32,000 nt of DNA, taken from positions 1,950,001-1,982,000 of the forward strand of contig NC_014972.1 in assembly GCF_000186885.1 (NCBI RefSeq), written 5' to 3'. The translations under genes were made by a program, and so were the position numbers. This document shows, one piece after another, positions 29,936-32,000 of the stretch (position 1 is the first letter of the stretch; each line of letters opens with the position of its first letter). Under the pieces are notes generated by a model. It made no database searches and was not told where the DNA came from. It saw nothing but the letters and a program-made list of their open reading frames with translations. This DNA is from Desulfobulbus propionicus DSM 2032. GTDB taxonomy: Bacteria > Desulfobacterota > Desulfobulbia > Desulfobulbales > Desulfobulbaceae.

Positions 29936-30889
29936 CTATTTGCGGGGTTTGTAGTTGAGGGCGGTGTTGGCGCGCAGGTTCAGCATGCGCGGCCAGCCGA
30001 GTTTTTCCAGGTAGGCGATGTGATCAAGACCGTAAATCCACTCCTTGGCAAAGGCGTCGAACCCTTCCTGGGTGCGGGTCTTGCCGTAGAAATCCTTGAG
30101 GAAGGCGCCGTCGACGTCGTACTTGCCGAACATGCCGGTGGGATGGGCGCCGAAGGGGCACTCCAGGATGTAGTCGACCTCAAAGGTGGGGATGGTGTTG
30201 TGATCGGCGTTGCGGCGCAGATACTCCTCGGGCACGATCTCCTCGGCCATGACGATGGTGATGTCGGCGGCACGGCAGGCCTCGGGGTCGGAATACAACT
30301 GACCGGCCACCCGTACCGTGCCCTCCTCGCCCACCTGCTGCACGCAGAGGATGGCGACATCGATCTTGACCGCCGGAATCAGCACCTGCGGACCGGCATC
30401 GAAGAAGGGGTCGTCGGCAAAGATGTATTTTTGCTTGGCGATGCGCTTGCCGTCGCGCTTGCCGGCCCGGCCGAGCATGTCGAACTCGGGATTGTGGATG
30501 TCGGTGCCGAGCGAGGTCTGGGTGACCGCGTAGGGCGCGCCTTGGGCGGCGGCGGCGAAACGGAACATCATCTCGGCGTGGCTGTAGTCCTCGACGATGA
30601 TCTCCTTGGTGCCGACCTTGCGCGACAGGTTGGCGCCGTACTTGCCGTACAGCTCATGACCGACCCAGCAGGACTCCCAGATGTCGACGCAGCCGGCGCC
30701 GACCAGGAACTCGGTCTGCGGGCCGCCGTTGACCTCGATCAGGTGCAGGCCGCGCCGCTGCTGGCGGATCAGTTCATAAACGATGGCAAAGGGCCGCCGC
30801 CAGATGGTGAAGCCGGAAAAGGTCAGGCTGGAGCCGTTCTTGACGATTTCGGCCGCCTGCTGCAGGGTGATGCGTTTATTGGTGCTCAT
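29936..30889 (-). CDS. CoA-transferase subunit alpha (glutaconate CoA-transferase-like)
   Basis: 317 aa. TLQQAAEIVKNGSSLTFSGF, an ECPFGAHPTGMFGKYDVD segment, and tight spacing to the beta subunit. Confidence 0.87.
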   Translation of the reverse strand: MSTNKRITLQQAAEIVKNGSSLTFSGFTIWRRPFAIVYELIRQQRRGLHLIEVNGGPQTEFLVGAGCVDIWESCWVGHELYGKYGANLSRKVGTKEIIVEDYSHAEMMFRFAAAAQGAPYAVTQTSLGTDIHNPEFDMLGRAGKRDGKRIAKQKYIFADDPFFDAGPQVLIPAVKIDVAILCVQQVGEEGTVRVAGQLYSDPEACRAADITIVMAEEIVPEEYLRRNADHNTIPTFEVDYILECPFGAHPTGMFGKYDVDGAFLKDFYGKTRTQEGFDAFAKEWIYGLDHIAYLEKLGWPRMLNLRANTALNYKPRK

Positions 30890-30906
30890 GGGGTTCTCCT
30901 TGGGGT

Positions 30907-32000
30907 TCAGGCCGACAGTCCACGCAGGATCTCGCGGGAGATGATCAGCCGCTGGATTTCACTGGTGCCTTCGTAGATGGTGGTGATGCGGGCGTCGCGG
31001 GCATAGCGCTCAATGGGAAAATCCTTGGTGTAGCCGTAGCCGCCGAGCATCTGCAAGGCGTTGTAGCAGGCCCGGTTGGCGCTCTCGGTGGCATACATCT
31101 TGGCCATGGAGGCCTCCTTGGCAAAGGGGCGGCCCTGCTCCTTGCGGAAGGCGGCGTTCATCAACAGCAGCCGAGCGGCTTCCAGTTCGGTGTAGGAATC
31201 GGCGATCATCCATTGAATCGCCTGGAAATTGCTTATTTTCTGGCAGAACTGCTGACGTTCGTTGGCGTATTTGGCGGCATAATCCATGGCCGCCAGGCCA
31301 ATGCCCAGACCGAGTGAACCGATGCCGATGCGGCCGCCGGCCAATTCGGCCACGGCGATGCGGAAGCCGTCGTTGGGCTTGCCCATCATGGCGCTGGCGG
31401 GCACGCGGCAGTTGTCAAAGATCAGCTCGTTGGTGGCCGAGGCATGCTGGCCCATCTTGTGCTCTTCCTTGCCGATGGTCAGGCCCGGGGTTCCGGCCTC
31501 GATCAAAAAGCAGCTGATGCCCTTGCCGCGCGGGGCTTCCTTGTCAGTCACCGCCCAGACCACGAACACCCCGGCGTAGGGGGCGCTGGTGATGAAGATC
31601 TTGGAGCCGTTGAGCACGTAGGAATCGCCATCCTTGGTGGCGGTGGTACACATGCCCGACGGATCGGAACCGGCGCAGTTCTCGGTCAGGCCGAAGCTGC
31701 CGGCGGCATATTCACCCGAACAGATCTTGGGGATATACTTGCTTTTCTGTTCCTCGCTGCCGATGGCCTGGATGACCTCGCAGACCATGTTGTTGACCGA
31801 CACCGTGACCGCGGTGGAGGCGCAGGCGCGGGCAATCTCGGTCATGGCGACGCTGAAGGAAACCACGCCGGCCTCGGAGCCGCCGTACTCCTCCTTGACG
31901 TTGAGGCCCATGAAACCCAGTTCGGCCAGTTTTTTCAGGTTGGCCAGCAGGGTGGGGCGGTCTTTTTCCGCATCCAGCTTGGCGGCCACCGGTTCGAGTT
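30907..32000 (-). CDS. Acyl-CoA dehydrogenase, 5' end cut by the window edge
   Basis: GSFGLTENCAGSDPSGMCTTA, YAGVFVVWAVTDKE, QMLGGYGYTKDFPIERYARDARITTIYEGTSEIQRLIISREILRGL. The frame stays open to 32000 (LEPVAAKLDAEKD). Confidence 0.93.
   Translation of the reverse strand, partial: LEPVAAKLDAEKDRPTLLANLKKLAELGFMGLNVKEEYGGSEAGVVSFSVAMTEIARACASTAVTVSVNNMVCEVIQAIGSEEQKSKYIPKICSGEYAAGSFGLTENCAGSDPSGMCTTATKDGDSYVLNGSKIFITSAPYAGVFVVWAVTDKEAPRGKGISCFLIEAGTPGLTIGKEEHKMGQHASATNELIFDNCRVPASAMMGKPNDGFRIAVAELAGGRIGIGSLGLGIGLAAMDYAAKYANERQQFCQKISNFQAIQWMIADSYTELEAARLLLMNAAFRKEQGRPFAKEASMAKMYATESANRACYNALQMLGGYGYTKDFPIERYARDARITTIYEGTSEIQRLIISREILRGLSA

Overview
This GC-rich bacterial chromosomal window is densely coding and mostly on the minus strand. 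Its gene content looks like a sulfate-reducer/Desulfobulbales-type deltaproteobacterium, but that assignment is inference only. Right to left on the minus strand, the window holds: an acyl-CoA dehydrogenase (cut by the right edge) with two glutaconate-type CoA-transferase subunits and an intrinsic terminator; a sigma54 response regulator; a small uncharacterised protein, an MCP and a hybrid histidine kinase; a Kef-type antiporter; a very large DUF3683-like FAD/4Fe-4S oxidoreductase; an M48 protease with NikR; a divergently oriented sigma54 regulator on the plus strand with an atypical receiver; a CPA1 K+/H+ antiporter; a tandem universal stress protein; TadA; and tRNA-Ser(GGA). The last group is a compact signalling cluster: degenerate soluble MCP-like protein, bacteriohemerythrin, STAS, CheY, CheA, and an MCP with repeated HAMP-like modules. 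That cluster is the best candidate for an unusual system. Its CheA carries a tandem 24-residue motif matching the MshEN/T2SSE_N c-di-GMP-binding pattern, its first gene encodes an MCP-like protein with a degenerate signalling tip, and STAS and hemerythrin genes overlap the core. I found no CRISPR array, prophage or intact mobile element.
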